In this document: positions 17,634-26,841 of the stretch, one piece after another | How positions within the stretch are numbered: the stretch's first letter is position 1 | Layout of the letters: each line of letters opens with the position of its first letter | Source of the DNA: Nitrosospira multiformis ATCC 25196 | GTDB lineage: Bacteria; Pseudomonadota; Gammaproteobacteria; Burkholderiales; Nitrosomonadaceae | Assembly (NCBI RefSeq): GCF_000196355.1 | Contig: NC_007614.1 | Location: 2,100,001 to 2,132,000, forward strand | Length of the DNA: 32,000 nt | Direction: 5' to 3' | The notes under the pieces: model-generated | Seen by the model: the letters and a program-made list of their open reading frames with translations, nothing else | The model's database searches: none | Told to the model about the DNA's origin: nothing | Made by a program: the position numbers and the translations under genes

Positions 17634-18005
17634 GGAAAACGACTGATAGCTGACCGGTTTTTGATCAGAGAGATCGAAGAGATAGCTTGATAGCGAAAAT
17701 TTTTTGTGACTTTTTAATCCCGGATAGCTCAGGCATTAAGCTATATCTTCGATAATAATGAGTTTTATACCCATTTCTATTATGATGGATCGCGATGCCT
17801 TGCTCTAATGAGCGTTAGATCCCCTTCGCGAGCCTCTAGAGTTCTGTTTGATATCTGATTTTCTCCGTGTCGAACTCTCGATACATTTCTCCTGCTTTGC
17901 CGCATCCTGGTTACAGAATAGTTGAAAAGAAACGCGAATAAGGATTAGTATCGCATGACCTGCCCCTCCTATTAGCTTCATGACGTAGTAGAGTCCGATT
18001 CTTAA

Positions 18006-19269
18006 TGACCCTACCCCAGAATCAGTACCGGCGCATTCAACCGGTCAGTGCAACACCTATTGATTCTTGATTTGTAGAGGTGTGCAATGGCTAGCGTATA
18101 TGGTGGCATGACTGATGAACGCAAAGCGTGTATTTGGCGGTTATGGCAGCAAGGGGTTGCTATGAGTGTAATTGCTAGAGATATTGCAAAGCCGCCTGCG
18201 ACGGTATATTCGTATCTTCTCTACCATGGAGGCATAAAGCCGAGGCAACGATCTCGTCGATCTGGTTGCCTGTCGCTGAAGGAACGTGAAATGATTTCTC
18301 GTGGATTGGCTAGTTGCAAAAGCCTGCGCAGGATTAGCCAGGAACTTGGTCGGGCTGCCTCTACGATATCAAGAGAAATTGCCCGCAATGGCGGACCTGA
18401 AAAATATCGGGCATGCCATGCCGAGAAAGCTTTTCTCAAGCGCAGTCGACGCCCCAAGCCCACATTGCTTTCCCAGGATGAGGAGCTAAGAGGCGTGGTA
18501 ACAGCACTGCTGGAGGCTGATTGGTCGCCAGAACAGATAACCGGATGGCTCAAGCGACACTCTTCTGACGGAAAAGCGATGTGTGTATCGCATGAGACGA
18601 TCTACAAATCCCTGTTCATTCAAACTCGTGGCGTACTACGCCAGGAACTGAAGAAGCACTTGCGCACCAAAAGAATGTTTCGTCACGCCAAGTCCCACCG
18701 GGTTGCAGGCAGAGGACACATTACCGATGCGATTTCTATTCGAGAGCGCCCTGCACAGGTGGAAGACAGGGCCCTGCCGGGGCATTGGGAAGGAGACCTG
18801 CTTATAGGCTCGAGTAATAGTGGCATTGCTACGATGGTCGAGAGATACTCCAGATTCACCGTGCTTTGCAAAGTGCAGGACAAGCGCGCTGAAAGTGTTG
18901 TTCAGTCCTTGATAACCCAGATGCGCATGCTTCCTGAGCAACTGCGTAAGAGCCTGACATGGGATAGAGGCCAGGAACTTGCCGCACACAAGCGATTTAC
19001 CATGGCCACCAATATGGCCGTCTATTTCTGCGATCCGAGCAGCCCATGGCAAAGGGGAACCAATGAGAATACCAATGGCCTGCTAAGACAATACTTTCCA
19101 AAAGGAACGAGTTTGGCGCCATACACACAGTGTCAACTGAATGAGGTCGCCGAAAAACCAAACTCTCGCCCGAGGAAAACCTTGGATTTTAGAACACCCG
19201 CCCAAGTACTGAATGAAGCGTTGCACTGACCGGTTGAATGCGCCGGTACAGTTTATTGGGGTAGGGTCA
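18006..19269 (+). mobile_element. IS30-family insertion sequence
   Basis: Terminal inverted repeats of ~50 bp: left 18006..18054 TGACCCTACCCCAGAATCAGTACCGGCGCATTCAACCGGTCAGTGCAAC; right 19220..19269, reverse complement TGACCCTACCCCAATAAACTGTACCGGCGCATTCAACCGGTCAGTGCAAC. They flank the transposase ORF. Confidence 0.92.
18087..19229 (+). CDS. IS30-family transposase
   Basis: 380 aa; N-terminal HTH, GHWEGDLLIG, TWDRGQELAAHKRF, SPWQRGTNENTNGLLRQYFPKGT (DDE motifs), NSRPRKTLDFRTPAQVL. Confidence 0.96.
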   Translation: MASVYGGMTDERKACIWRLWQQGVAMSVIARDIAKPPATVYSYLLYHGGIKPRQRSRRSGCLSLKEREMISRGLASCKSLRRISQELGRAASTISREIARNGGPEKYRACHAEKAFLKRSRRPKPTLLSQDEELRGVVTALLEADWSPEQITGWLKRHSSDGKAMCVSHETIYKSLFIQTRGVLRQELKKHLRTKRMFRHAKSHRVAGRGHITDAISIRERPAQVEDRALPGHWEGDLLIGSSNSGIATMVERYSRFTVLCKVQDKRAESVVQSLITQMRMLPEQLRKSLTWDRGQELAAHKRFTMATNMAVYFCDPSSPWQRGTNENTNGLLRQYFPKGTSLAPYTQCQLNEVAEKPNSRPRKTLDFRTPAQVLNEALH

Positions 19270-19299
19270 CAGAACGTTTCGGGTAGTCGTAACGATGAG

Positions 19300-19756
19300 A
19301 CTGTGCCAGGGGGCAGCAGCAGAACCGGGCCTCCTACGTCTTGCGCTCATCCCCTTGAAATTTATGCATCGTTTGTCGACGCATTTGGCGGCTGCAGACT
19401 TTTCCTGGCGGAACAAGGTGGGTGCCGGTATAGCCATCACACACGGTTGGGGCTGGTTGTGAATCCAGGGGCAAAGATTGGGAATAACGTAACCCTTTTT
19501 CACGGGGTTACCCTTGGGTGATCGCATTTCCCCTGACGGAAATAGTCAAACTGAACACCCAGTGATTGAGGATGAAGTCTGGATCGGGCCTCACGCGATC
19601 ATCGTCGGAGGAGTAACCATAGGTCGCGGAAGCAGAATCGCAGGAGGCGCATTTGTTACAGAGAACGTCCCTCCCTATTCAATTGTATCGGGAAATCCCT
19701 CTACGATTGTCAAAGCGAATTGTACGCCGGATGTAATGAATCCCGCTCCCCTCTGA
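19300..19756 (+). pseudogene. Serine O-acetyltransferase-like (left-handed beta-helix acyltransferase) remnant, lacking its 5' part and frameshifted
   Basis: Frame 1 gives ...EIYASFVDAFGG...GLVVNPGAKIGNNVTLFHGVTLG then stop TGA at 19519. The next frame continues GDRISPDGNSQTEHPVIEDEVWIGPHAIIVGGVTIGRGSRIAGGAFVTENVPPYSIVSGNPSTIV. Joined, these give the typical HGVTLGG...hexapeptide-repeat C-terminus. The 5' limit is unclear because the IS30 end is adjacent. Confidence 0.7.
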
Positions 19757-19929
19757 TAAGACGCATGAATCATTCGGAGATACCGCATATTGGCACTCGT
19801 TTTGCCACATCCACGCCTTAAAGTCTATTCCGGGCTGTAGTAGGGGTATATCAATTCAACTCCAGCGGATTGATGTGACGTAGCAAAGAACATTATGGAG
19901 CCCCCCATCACAGTATTATCTCTTCGTCA

Positions 19930-20145
19930 TCAATCCTCGGCAGGGGGTTCAAAGGGTGGAACAAGACCGGTGATGAGCCAGAGGCGGGAAGCCTCATCGT
20001 AGGCCTTTCTATGGGCAAGGTTCATGCTTAGCCAACCGATCAGCTCTTCCCGTTCAATGGGGCTGAGTGACTCGTGCTCACGTATCACCCACTCGACTGC
20101 TGTATGCCACACCTGATCCGAATCCTGGTCCTCTGAATTCGCCAC
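19930..20145 (-). CDS. Small protein resembling the FecR N-terminal (DUF4880-like) domain only; possible anti-sigma fragment
   Basis: 71 aa: MANSEDQDSDQVWHTAVEWVIREHESLSPIEREELIGWLSMNLAHRKAYDEASRLWLITG..., matching the W.....HR.AY.EA.RLW pattern of FecR N-termini. Located directly downstream of the ECF sigma gene. Confidence 0.65.
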   Translation of the reverse strand: MANSEDQDSDQVWHTAVEWVIREHESLSPIEREELIGWLSMNLAHRKAYDEASRLWLITGLVPPFEPPAED

Positions 20146-20286
20146 GCTCTCACCTTGATGTTCCCTCGATGAATCTTCGGATCCATCGATTCTTTAAACT
20201 TACCCGAAACAAGTATAGCGGATACCGTTGTGCAAATGCTTCCAGGCTACAGGAGTGATCCAGGCTGGCAGTGATCAAGTGGGAGA

Positions 20287-20796
20287 CTAGGTGGATTGGA
20301 GAGCGGCGCGGCAGTGGTCTAGTGCCTCGTGGATCAGGATATTCACTAGGGAAGTCGAAATAGCCAGTTCGGCAGCGATGGCACGGTGCGTCTGCCCTTC
20401 CAGACGATGAAGTTCAAAAGCGCGCCTCGTCCGCTCCGGAAGTTCCGATATTGCTTTTGCAACCAGTTTCAGATGCTCGCGGCTGATGACCGTGGCTTCG
20501 GGCATGCCAATATGGGAGGGCACATGCAGCCCGTTGTCTTCGCCCTCGAAAAGATTCAATTCGAATGAAATGCGCCGATGATGATCGATGGCAAGATTGC
20601 GAACCATCTGGAACAGGTATGCGACGGGCTGCTTGACGTGGAATACTGCCGCTGCTTCCGATACTTTGAGATATGCATCCTGCACCACATCCTCCGCCCG
20701 CTCGGGATTACCGAGAATCTTGAGCGCCGCCCAGCGCAACTGGGACCGATGAGCCATGAAGACTTCGCTCAGTTCAACCTGCTCTTCGACAATCAT
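20287..20796 (-). CDS. ECF RNA polymerase sigma factor, FecI/PvdS-like
   Basis: Track ORF 20287..20829; likely start MIVEEQVELSEVF at 20796. Region 2 ILGNPERAEDVVQDAYLKV...VRNLAIDHHRR; region 4 AISELPERTRRAFELHRLEGQTHRAIAAELAISTSLVNILIHEALDHCR. Confidence 0.9.
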   Translation of the reverse strand: MIVEEQVELSEVFMAHRSQLRWAALKILGNPERAEDVVQDAYLKVSEAAAVFHVKQPVAYLFQMVRNLAIDHHRRISFELNLFEGEDNGLHVPSHIGMPEATVISREHLKLVAKAISELPERTRRAFELHRLEGQTHRAIAAELAISTSLVNILIHEALDHCRAALQST

Positions 20797-20833
20797 TACC
20801 GCATCTCCACAAAAAGCATATAATAACAATAAC

Positions 20834-20852
20834 GAGAAGTATTCTTATTATC
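20834..20852. promoter_or_regulatory. Putative Fur box in the divergent sigma/efflux intergenic region
   Basis: GAGAAGTATTCTTATTATC matches GATAATGATAATCATTATC at 13/19 positions. It lies between the divergent start codons at 20796 (-) and 20944 (+). Confidence 0.35.
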
Positions 20853-20943
20853 ATATAGCAATTTCTATTTTACAATATGGATCAACTTCCGGTTCTGAAG
20901 GATAGAGTGGATATCCTCACTTTCCGGATCGGCTTGAACCGAA

Positions 20944-22332
20944 ATGGCCAGAATATTTGCGATAATAATTGTTTCGATTTCCCTCGCCGGAATTGGCGGT
21001 TGCAAAACATCTCCACTGAGAAATCCTGGAGATGCAGGCGCAGCAATCCCAGCCAGATGGACAGCGGATAAAGGGACTCCACAACCCACCCCGGAAAACT
21101 GGGTAGAAACTTTTGGCGACCCTAATCTGAGCGCCGTGGTTAACAGCGCCCTGGCGGATAATTATCAACTGAAGGCTGCGGCGGCGCGGGTAAAAGCTGC
21201 GGTGGCCCAGGCGCGCATAGACGGTGCAAGCCGATGGCCGCAACTGCTCTTTGCCCCGGATTACCAATATGCGCAAATCCGCGAGGAGGGATTCGGCTCA
21301 GCTCGCTTCAGTGTGTTTGAAACATTGTTCAGCCTGAGCTGGGAGCTGGATGTGTGGGGACGGATAAGCGACTTCCAGCAGGCAGCAATAAGAGAAGCGA
21401 ATGCGACCGCAACCGATTTTCAAGGGGCGCGCCTGTCTCTGGCCGCACGGGTGGCGCAGAGTTATTTTGAGCTTGCCGAAGCCAGACTGCAAGCAGCAGT
21501 GGCGGAGCGATCGGTAAAGGATCGCAGCGTTATTGTCGACCTGGTGCGGGGGCGCTTCGCCCGGGGTTTGACGAAAGCGCTGGATGTGCGCCTGGCCCTC
21601 ACCGACCTTGCCAACGCGGAGGCCGAGCTTACCCAGGCGCGCAACCAAGTTCAGATCGTGGCACGCCGACTGCAAGTGCTGCTTGGGCGCTATCCGGAAG
21701 CTGTGCTGAGGGCGACTGCGGAACTGCCTGAACTTCCACCCGATATGCCAGCGGGGTTGCCCTCGGAATTGCTGGAAAGACGGCCGGATCTCGTCTCTGC
21801 CTATGATCGTTTACTGGCTGCCGACTCCCGTCTGCAAAGCACGAGAAAATTACTGCTGCCGCGAGTTGCCCTGACTGCAGCGGGAGGAATGCGCAGCCAG
21901 GCACTGACCGAATTGGTGGATCCCAGGGCTCTCGCATGGAACGTGCTCATCGGGTTGGCGCAACCGGTATTCACGGGCGGGCGCATCCGCGGCCAGATCG
22001 AACTTGACAAGGCACAGACCGAGCAGGCCCTTAATCTGTACAAGGACACGGCACTCAATGCTTTCCGGGAAGTGGAGCAGGCGCTGGCAGCCGACGAATG
22101 GCTACGGAAGGAAGAAAAAGCCTTGAGAAGTGCGGTTGAGCAAACCGAAGCAAGCCGAAAACTGGCAGTCTATTCCTATCAACATGGGTATATCGAAATT
22201 CTTACCCTGCTGGATAGCTACCGCAGCACCCTCACTGCCCAGAGTGCGCATCTTTCCGTCAGGCGCCAGCTTCTGAGCAATCGAATCAATCTTTACCTGG
22301 CATTAGGAGGCAGCATTTGCGAGGCGTGCTGA
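20944..22332 (+). CDS. Efflux system outer membrane lipoprotein, NodT/OprM (TolC-like) family
   Basis: 462 aa; lipoprotein signal IIVSISLAGIGGC, W.ETFGDPNL, LSWELDVWGRI, GLPSELLERRPDL. Confidence 0.93.
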   Translation: MARIFAIIIVSISLAGIGGCKTSPLRNPGDAGAAIPARWTADKGTPQPTPENWVETFGDPNLSAVVNSALADNYQLKAAAARVKAAVAQARIDGASRWPQLLFAPDYQYAQIREEGFGSARFSVFETLFSLSWELDVWGRISDFQQAAIREANATATDFQGARLSLAARVAQSYFELAEARLQAAVAERSVKDRSVIVDLVRGRFARGLTKALDVRLALTDLANAEAELTQARNQVQIVARRLQVLLGRYPEAVLRATAELPELPPDMPAGLPSELLERRPDLVSAYDRLLAADSRLQSTRKLLLPRVALTAAGGMRSQALTELVDPRALAWNVLIGLAQPVFTGGRIRGQIELDKAQTEQALNLYKDTALNAFREVEQALAADEWLRKEEKALRSAVEQTEASRKLAVYSYQHGYIEILTLLDSYRSTLTAQSAHLSVRRQLLSNRINLYLALGGSICEAC

Positions 22333-23558
22333 AACAACTGGCAAGCAAGGGCATGCTCAAAATCATCATCCCCGTTCTTGTTGTGCTGGCCGGCATCAGT
22401 ATTTCGTGGGCGATTGCTGTTCACCGCCCGTCACTGAAATCCGAATTGCCGGATAGCGGAATACCAGCGGTACAGGTGATCGAGACAACTCCCCAAACGA
22501 TCAAGCTGAATATTAGTTCCCAAGGTGTAGTCGTGCCCCGTACCGAGATTGATCTCGTCCCCGAGGTAGCGGGTCAGATCGTTCGACTTCATCCCAGCCT
22601 GGCGGCCGGAGGTTTTTTTGAGGCGGGCGATATACTGATGATGATCGATCCCCGCGACTATGATCATGCGATCGCGGAGGCATACGCGCGCATCGCCGAG
22701 GCGGAGCGCCAGGTTGCGATGGAAGAGGCGCAGGCGGAACAGGCACGCCAGGAATGGCAGGTTCTGGGGGAAGGAACACCCTCGCCTTTGACCATGCGGG
22801 AGCCGCAACTGGCGGAGGCACGCGCAAAACTGAAGGCAGCGCAGGCCGACATGGTAAAAGCCCGCCTGCAGCGAGGCCGGTGCGAGTGGCGCTCGCCATT
22901 TGCCGGGCGTGTGCGCAACATGCATATCGGTCTTGGTCAGTACGTTCAACCTGGAGAAAAGCTGGCCCGCCTTTATGCGACCGATGTTGCCCAGATACGC
23001 CTGCCTTTGGCGACCGACCAATTCGCATACCTCGATCTTCTCCTCGACCATAGGGACAACAAGGCAGAAAGGGGACCCAGGGTTGTCTTGAGCGGGGAAT
23101 TTGCGGGCGCAACTCACCGATGGGAGGGGCACGTTATCCGGACGGAGGGTGCGCTGGATGAGGAAACCGGGCTCCTCCACGCCGTTGCCGAAGTGCGGAA
23201 TCCTTATAAGGTCAAGTCCGGCCAGCCTCCGCTCATACCCGGCTTGTTTGTAAAAGCGGAGATCGAAGGGCGGGAGCAGGCCGATGTCTTTGTATTGCCG
23301 CCCGGAGCCGTCAATGCTTCCCGGGAGGTGCTACTCGTCGATGCGGAAAACCGCCTGCATATCCGCGGTGTAGAAATTTTGCGGCGTGAGCCCGATCGCA
23401 TTCTCGCCAAAAGGGGGTTGAACGCGGGAGATAGGCTCGTCATCTCGAGGATCGAGGTCCCCGTGGAGGGAATGAAGGTAAGCGCCGAGATTGTGGATCC
23501 GGGGCCGAAGCTCAAAAAGACCGGTCTGGAGGCGCCAACACAGGATGGTGCGCTATGA
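22317..23558 (+). CDS. RND efflux periplasmic adaptor (membrane fusion protein)
   Basis: 413 aa; N-terminal TM, biotinyl-lipoyl-like and coiled-coil regions (SQGVVVPRTEIDLVPEVAGQIVRLHPSLAAGGFFEAGDIL, CEWRSPFAGRVRNMHIGLGQYVQPGEKLARLYA). Overlaps the upstream gene. Confidence 0.92.
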   Translation: MRGVLKQLASKGMLKIIIPVLVVLAGISISWAIAVHRPSLKSELPDSGIPAVQVIETTPQTIKLNISSQGVVVPRTEIDLVPEVAGQIVRLHPSLAAGGFFEAGDILMMIDPRDYDHAIAEAYARIAEAERQVAMEEAQAEQARQEWQVLGEGTPSPLTMREPQLAEARAKLKAAQADMVKARLQRGRCEWRSPFAGRVRNMHIGLGQYVQPGEKLARLYATDVAQIRLPLATDQFAYLDLLLDHRDNKAERGPRVVLSGEFAGATHRWEGHVIRTEGALDEETGLLHAVAEVRNPYKVKSGQPPLIPGLFVKAEIEGREQADVFVLPPGAVNASREVLLVDAENRLHIRGVEILRREPDRILAKRGLNAGDRLVISRIEVPVEGMKVSAEIVDPGPKLKKTGLEAPTQDGAL

Positions 23559-23646
23559 GCGAAGCTTATATGCCCAGCTGTTCTTCGTTCCATTTGCTAT
23601 GCCCGCCACTTTGCCAAGAGAAGAGTCTATCCGTGAGTTTTTTTTA

Positions 23647-26600
23647 ATGAAGGGCATCTTTCCTCCTTCCCTTCCCTCCTCCGGGCCGATTGCGTGGTTC
23701 GCGGCCAATCCGATCGCTGCCAACCTCCTCATGTTGCTCATTCTGCTGGGGGGTGCGGGCAGCCTGCTGCTGATGGACAAGGAAGTGTTTCCGCGATTCC
23801 TGCCCCATCAGATCGAGATCAGGGCGACCTATCCCGGTGCGGGTCCGTTGGAGATCGAAGAATCCGTTTGCATCCGGATCGAAGAGGCTGTCTACAATCT
23901 GCCCGGCATTAAAAGGTTGAACTCGGAAATCGTCGAGGGGGAATGCAGGGTCAGGCTGACCGCCCTGCCCACTTACGACAGGGATCAGGTGATGAATGCG
24001 GCGCGTGGAAGGGTGCAAGCGATTCAGCGCCTGCCGAAAGGGCTGGAGAAGATTGACGTGCAGCCGGCAAACCGTATCGGAGATGATGGCGTTATCTGGG
24101 TGGCGTTATATGCCCCCACCGATCCGCTTACCCTCAGGCGGCTGGGCGATGACATCCATGCCGAGCTCTCCCGCATACCTGGGGTAACGCAGGCGCACAA
24201 CTATTACGAGCTGCCATACGAGATTGCAATCGAGGTATCCACGGAGAAACTGCGTCAGTATGGCGTCTCGCTCAAGGAGGTGACGGAAACCATTCGACGC
24301 GCTTCGGTGGACCTGCCCGGAGGGGTAATGAAGAACCCGGCAGGCGAGCTGCTGCTCAGGGTCAAGGGCAAAGCCCAGGATGATGTATCGGTTGGAAATC
24401 TGGTGGTGAGTACCCGGCCGGACGGGAGCCGGGTGCTGCTTCGCGATGTAGCGGTGGTGAAGGACGGCCTGGAAGAGCGGTTGTCGGAGTGGCATCACAA
24501 TGGGGAAACCGCTCAAGGCTGGGAAATTCATGCCGAAAAAGATTCGGTGGCAGTGGCACGTCGTGTCAAGGCTTATGTGGCGGAAAAAAAAGCGGAGCTT
24601 CCCCAAGGAGTGGGCCTGATCACCTGGTGGGACGATTCGCAGGCTTACGAAGAGCGCATTGGCACCCTGCTGGAGGATGGGCTCACCGGATTCGCACTGG
24701 TCTGCCTCATCCTGACCCTGTTCCTTCAGTTCAAGGTGGCCGTGTGGGCCGGAGCGGGAATCCTGACGTCGATATTCGGCGCGTTCTGGCTCATGCCGGC
24801 TCTGGATATTTCCCTCAACATGCTGTCGCTGTTCGGTTTCCTGCTGGCAATGGGAATTCTCGTGGATGATGCAATTATCATAGGAGAAGCCATCTATGCC
24901 CGCCAGGAAGAGGCGAAAGCAGGAGCCGCTGCCGCAACAGGTGAAGGGAACGGCTCATTGGCTGCGGAATTCCGCTGGATGCAAAGAAACCTGCAGGCAG
25001 CCATTCTTGGCGCCCGTGAAGTCGCGCTGCCGGTTACTCTCGCCGTCATGATCGCACTTGTCGCGTTTCTACCCGGCTTATTCCTGCCGGGATGGGCAGG
25101 CCAGATGATGAAACCCATCTGTCTGGTAATGGTTCTCACGCTGGTATTTTCGCTGGTTGAGGCGCTGCTGATACTGCCCTCTCATCTGGCGACACCGTCC
25201 GGGAGCACATGGGCGTACCCGCCCTTACTGCATCTGCGCGCTGCGCTCAATCATGGATTGCAGCAGTTCGTCCGCCGTGTTTACGAACCATTGCTACAGA
25301 AAGCGCTTGCCTGGCGTTATCTCACGATCGCCATTTTCGCTGTCCTGCTGATGCTGGCTGGGGCGTTGGTGGCGGGAGGCCATGTGCGGATGGCCTTGCA
25401 GGCGGACGTGACAAAAGAGAGCTTCTGGGTCTATCTGAAATTGCCCGAAGATGCCCCCTATAGCGAAACGCGCAGGATAGCGGAAAAAGTGGAGCAGGCG
25501 TTGCTGCAATTGCGGGAAGAACTGGATAGAGAGGCAGCCAAGAGTGACGCGGATATCGGCGGGAGCGTCATCGTCGGCATGGAAACGATCATCGCGGAAC
25601 ATAGCGCGGGTTTCTGGACCGAACTCTCTCCCGCTGGCCGCCAGCACATCGTGGTAGAGGATTTCATCCGCGAGTGGCGCAAGCGTATCGGTGACATCGG
25701 ACGGGCCAAGATTGACTTCCTGTATAAGGAAGGGGATCTCCCCTACGATATCGAATTCGATCTCGGTCACCCCGATCCGGAAATCCTGACGGCAGCCGTG
25801 GGGGTATTCAAACAGAAACTGGCGGATTATATCGGGGTATACGATGTGGTGGATTCCGCCGAGGCCGGTAAACCCGAAGTCCGCCTGCGTCTCAAGCCCG
25901 AGGCGGAACGCCTTGGTATACGGCTGGAAGATATTGCCGAGCAAATGCGCCACGCCTACTATGGCGACGAGGTGCATCGGCTGCAACGGGGGCGCAATGA
26001 AGTCAAGGTCATGGTGCGGCTGCCGCGTAGCGAGAGGCAGTCACTCGACGATCTGCAGAATCTCCCGGTTCGTTTGCCCAGTGGAGCCCAGGCTCCCCTC
26101 GGGGTCCTTGCGGAAGTCGAATTGATGCCCGGCCAGGCAAAACTGCTTCGCCAGGACCGGCAGCGCATCCTCAAGGTACAGGCCCAGACCGACCCCAAAC
26201 TTGCTGATGTGAACCACATTTATGCCGGTTTTGCAGCGCATGAAATACCTGAAATAAAACGTCAGTTTCCAGGACTGGATATCGACATTGGCGAAGAGCG
26301 CCAGGAACAGGAACAGACGATCCAGAAGCTGGTGCTTTTTACCGGAGCTGCCCTGGCCGTTATCTACGCCTTGATTGCCGTCCCCTTTCGTTCGTATACC
26401 AAGCCGCTGATCTTTCTTCTGGCGGCTCCGGTTGCCTGGAGCGGCGCGGTGTGGGCGCACTGGCTGATCGGTCTTCCGCTATCCATGGAGTCGCTGGTGG
26501 GCATGATCGCCGCGAGCGGGGTGGTAATAAACGATAGCCTGGTACTGCTGGATTACGTGCAAAAACGGGGAGACAGCGGCCGGCCCGTCTCGGCGCTTAT

Positions 26601-26841
26601 CCTCGAGGCATGCAGCGCTCGCTTCAGGCCAATTCTGCTCGCCTTTCTCACCAATTTTGTCGGATTTCTTCCCATCCTGCTCGAAAGGAGTGAACAGGCA
26701 CAGTTCCTGGTCCCCATGACGCTCTCCCTGACCGTGGGGCTGCTGGTGGGCATGGCCGCAAGCCTCATACTGACACCCGTGTGCTATGCTGTCACCGAGC
26801 CTTTCGGCAAACAGCCGATGCTGGCGGAAATGGCTCGCTGA
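23647..26841 (+). CDS. RND family efflux permease (AcrB/MdtB-like)
   Basis: Track ORF 23491..26841 (1116 aa); the first good start is probably MKGIFPPSLPSSGPIAWFAANPIAANLLMLLILLGG at 23647. LLMDKEVFPRFLPHQIEIRATYPGAGPLEIEE, GILVDDAIIIGEAIY, IAASGVVINDSLVLLDY. Confidence 0.93.
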   Translation: MKGIFPPSLPSSGPIAWFAANPIAANLLMLLILLGGAGSLLLMDKEVFPRFLPHQIEIRATYPGAGPLEIEESVCIRIEEAVYNLPGIKRLNSEIVEGECRVRLTALPTYDRDQVMNAARGRVQAIQRLPKGLEKIDVQPANRIGDDGVIWVALYAPTDPLTLRRLGDDIHAELSRIPGVTQAHNYYELPYEIAIEVSTEKLRQYGVSLKEVTETIRRASVDLPGGVMKNPAGELLLRVKGKAQDDVSVGNLVVSTRPDGSRVLLRDVAVVKDGLEERLSEWHHNGETAQGWEIHAEKDSVAVARRVKAYVAEKKAELPQGVGLITWWDDSQAYEERIGTLLEDGLTGFALVCLILTLFLQFKVAVWAGAGILTSIFGAFWLMPALDISLNMLSLFGFLLAMGILVDDAIIIGEAIYARQEEAKAGAAAATGEGNGSLAAEFRWMQRNLQAAILGAREVALPVTLAVMIALVAFLPGLFLPGWAGQMMKPICLVMVLTLVFSLVEALLILPSHLATPSGSTWAYPPLLHLRAALNHGLQQFVRRVYEPLLQKALAWRYLTIAIFAVLLMLAGALVAGGHVRMALQADVTKESFWVYLKLPEDAPYSETRRIAEKVEQALLQLREELDREAAKSDADIGGSVIVGMETIIAEHSAGFWTELSPAGRQHIVVEDFIREWRKRIGDIGRAKIDFLYKEGDLPYDIEFDLGHPDPEILTAAVGVFKQKLADYIGVYDVVDSAEAGKPEVRLRLKPEAERLGIRLEDIAEQMRHAYYGDEVHRLQRGRNEVKVMVRLPRSERQSLDDLQNLPVRLPSGAQAPLGVLAEVELMPGQAKLLRQDRQRILKVQAQTDPKLADVNHIYAGFAAHEIPEIKRQFPGLDIDIGEERQEQEQTIQKLVLFTGAALAVIYALIAVPFRSYTKPLIFLLAAPVAWSGAVWAHWLIGLPLSMESLVGMIAASGVVINDSLVLLDYVQKRGDSGRPVSALILEACSARFRPILLAFLTNFVGFLPILLERSEQAQFLVPMTLSLTVGLLVGMAASLILTPVCYAVTEPFGKQPMLAEMAR

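Noticed and set aside
17751-17769. A second Fur-like stretch GATAATAATGAGTTTTATA (13/19).
   Set aside because: Its match is one-sided (good left hexamer only), it sits in AT-rich sequence ~120 bp beyond the putative PvdS-type box, and PvdS-dependent promoters usually lack their own Fur box. Kept only as a weak possibility.
18001-19274. Target-site duplication flanking the IS30 element.
   Set aside because: Flanks directly outside the inverted repeats (left ...CTTAA, right CAGAA...) share no convincing duplication.
19868-19935. Imperfect inverted repeat GATTGATGTGACG ... CGTCATCAATC as a terminator or regulatory RNA.
   Set aside because: The stem is interrupted, the loop is ~44 nt, there is no T tract, and it overlaps the 3' end of the 71-aa ORF. 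Could be chance.
20877-21276. Short ORFs overlapping the start of the outer membrane lipoprotein gene (20877..21071 +, 20917..21276 -).
   Set aside because: They overlap the well-supported 20944..22332 gene or its leader and have no recognizable domain.
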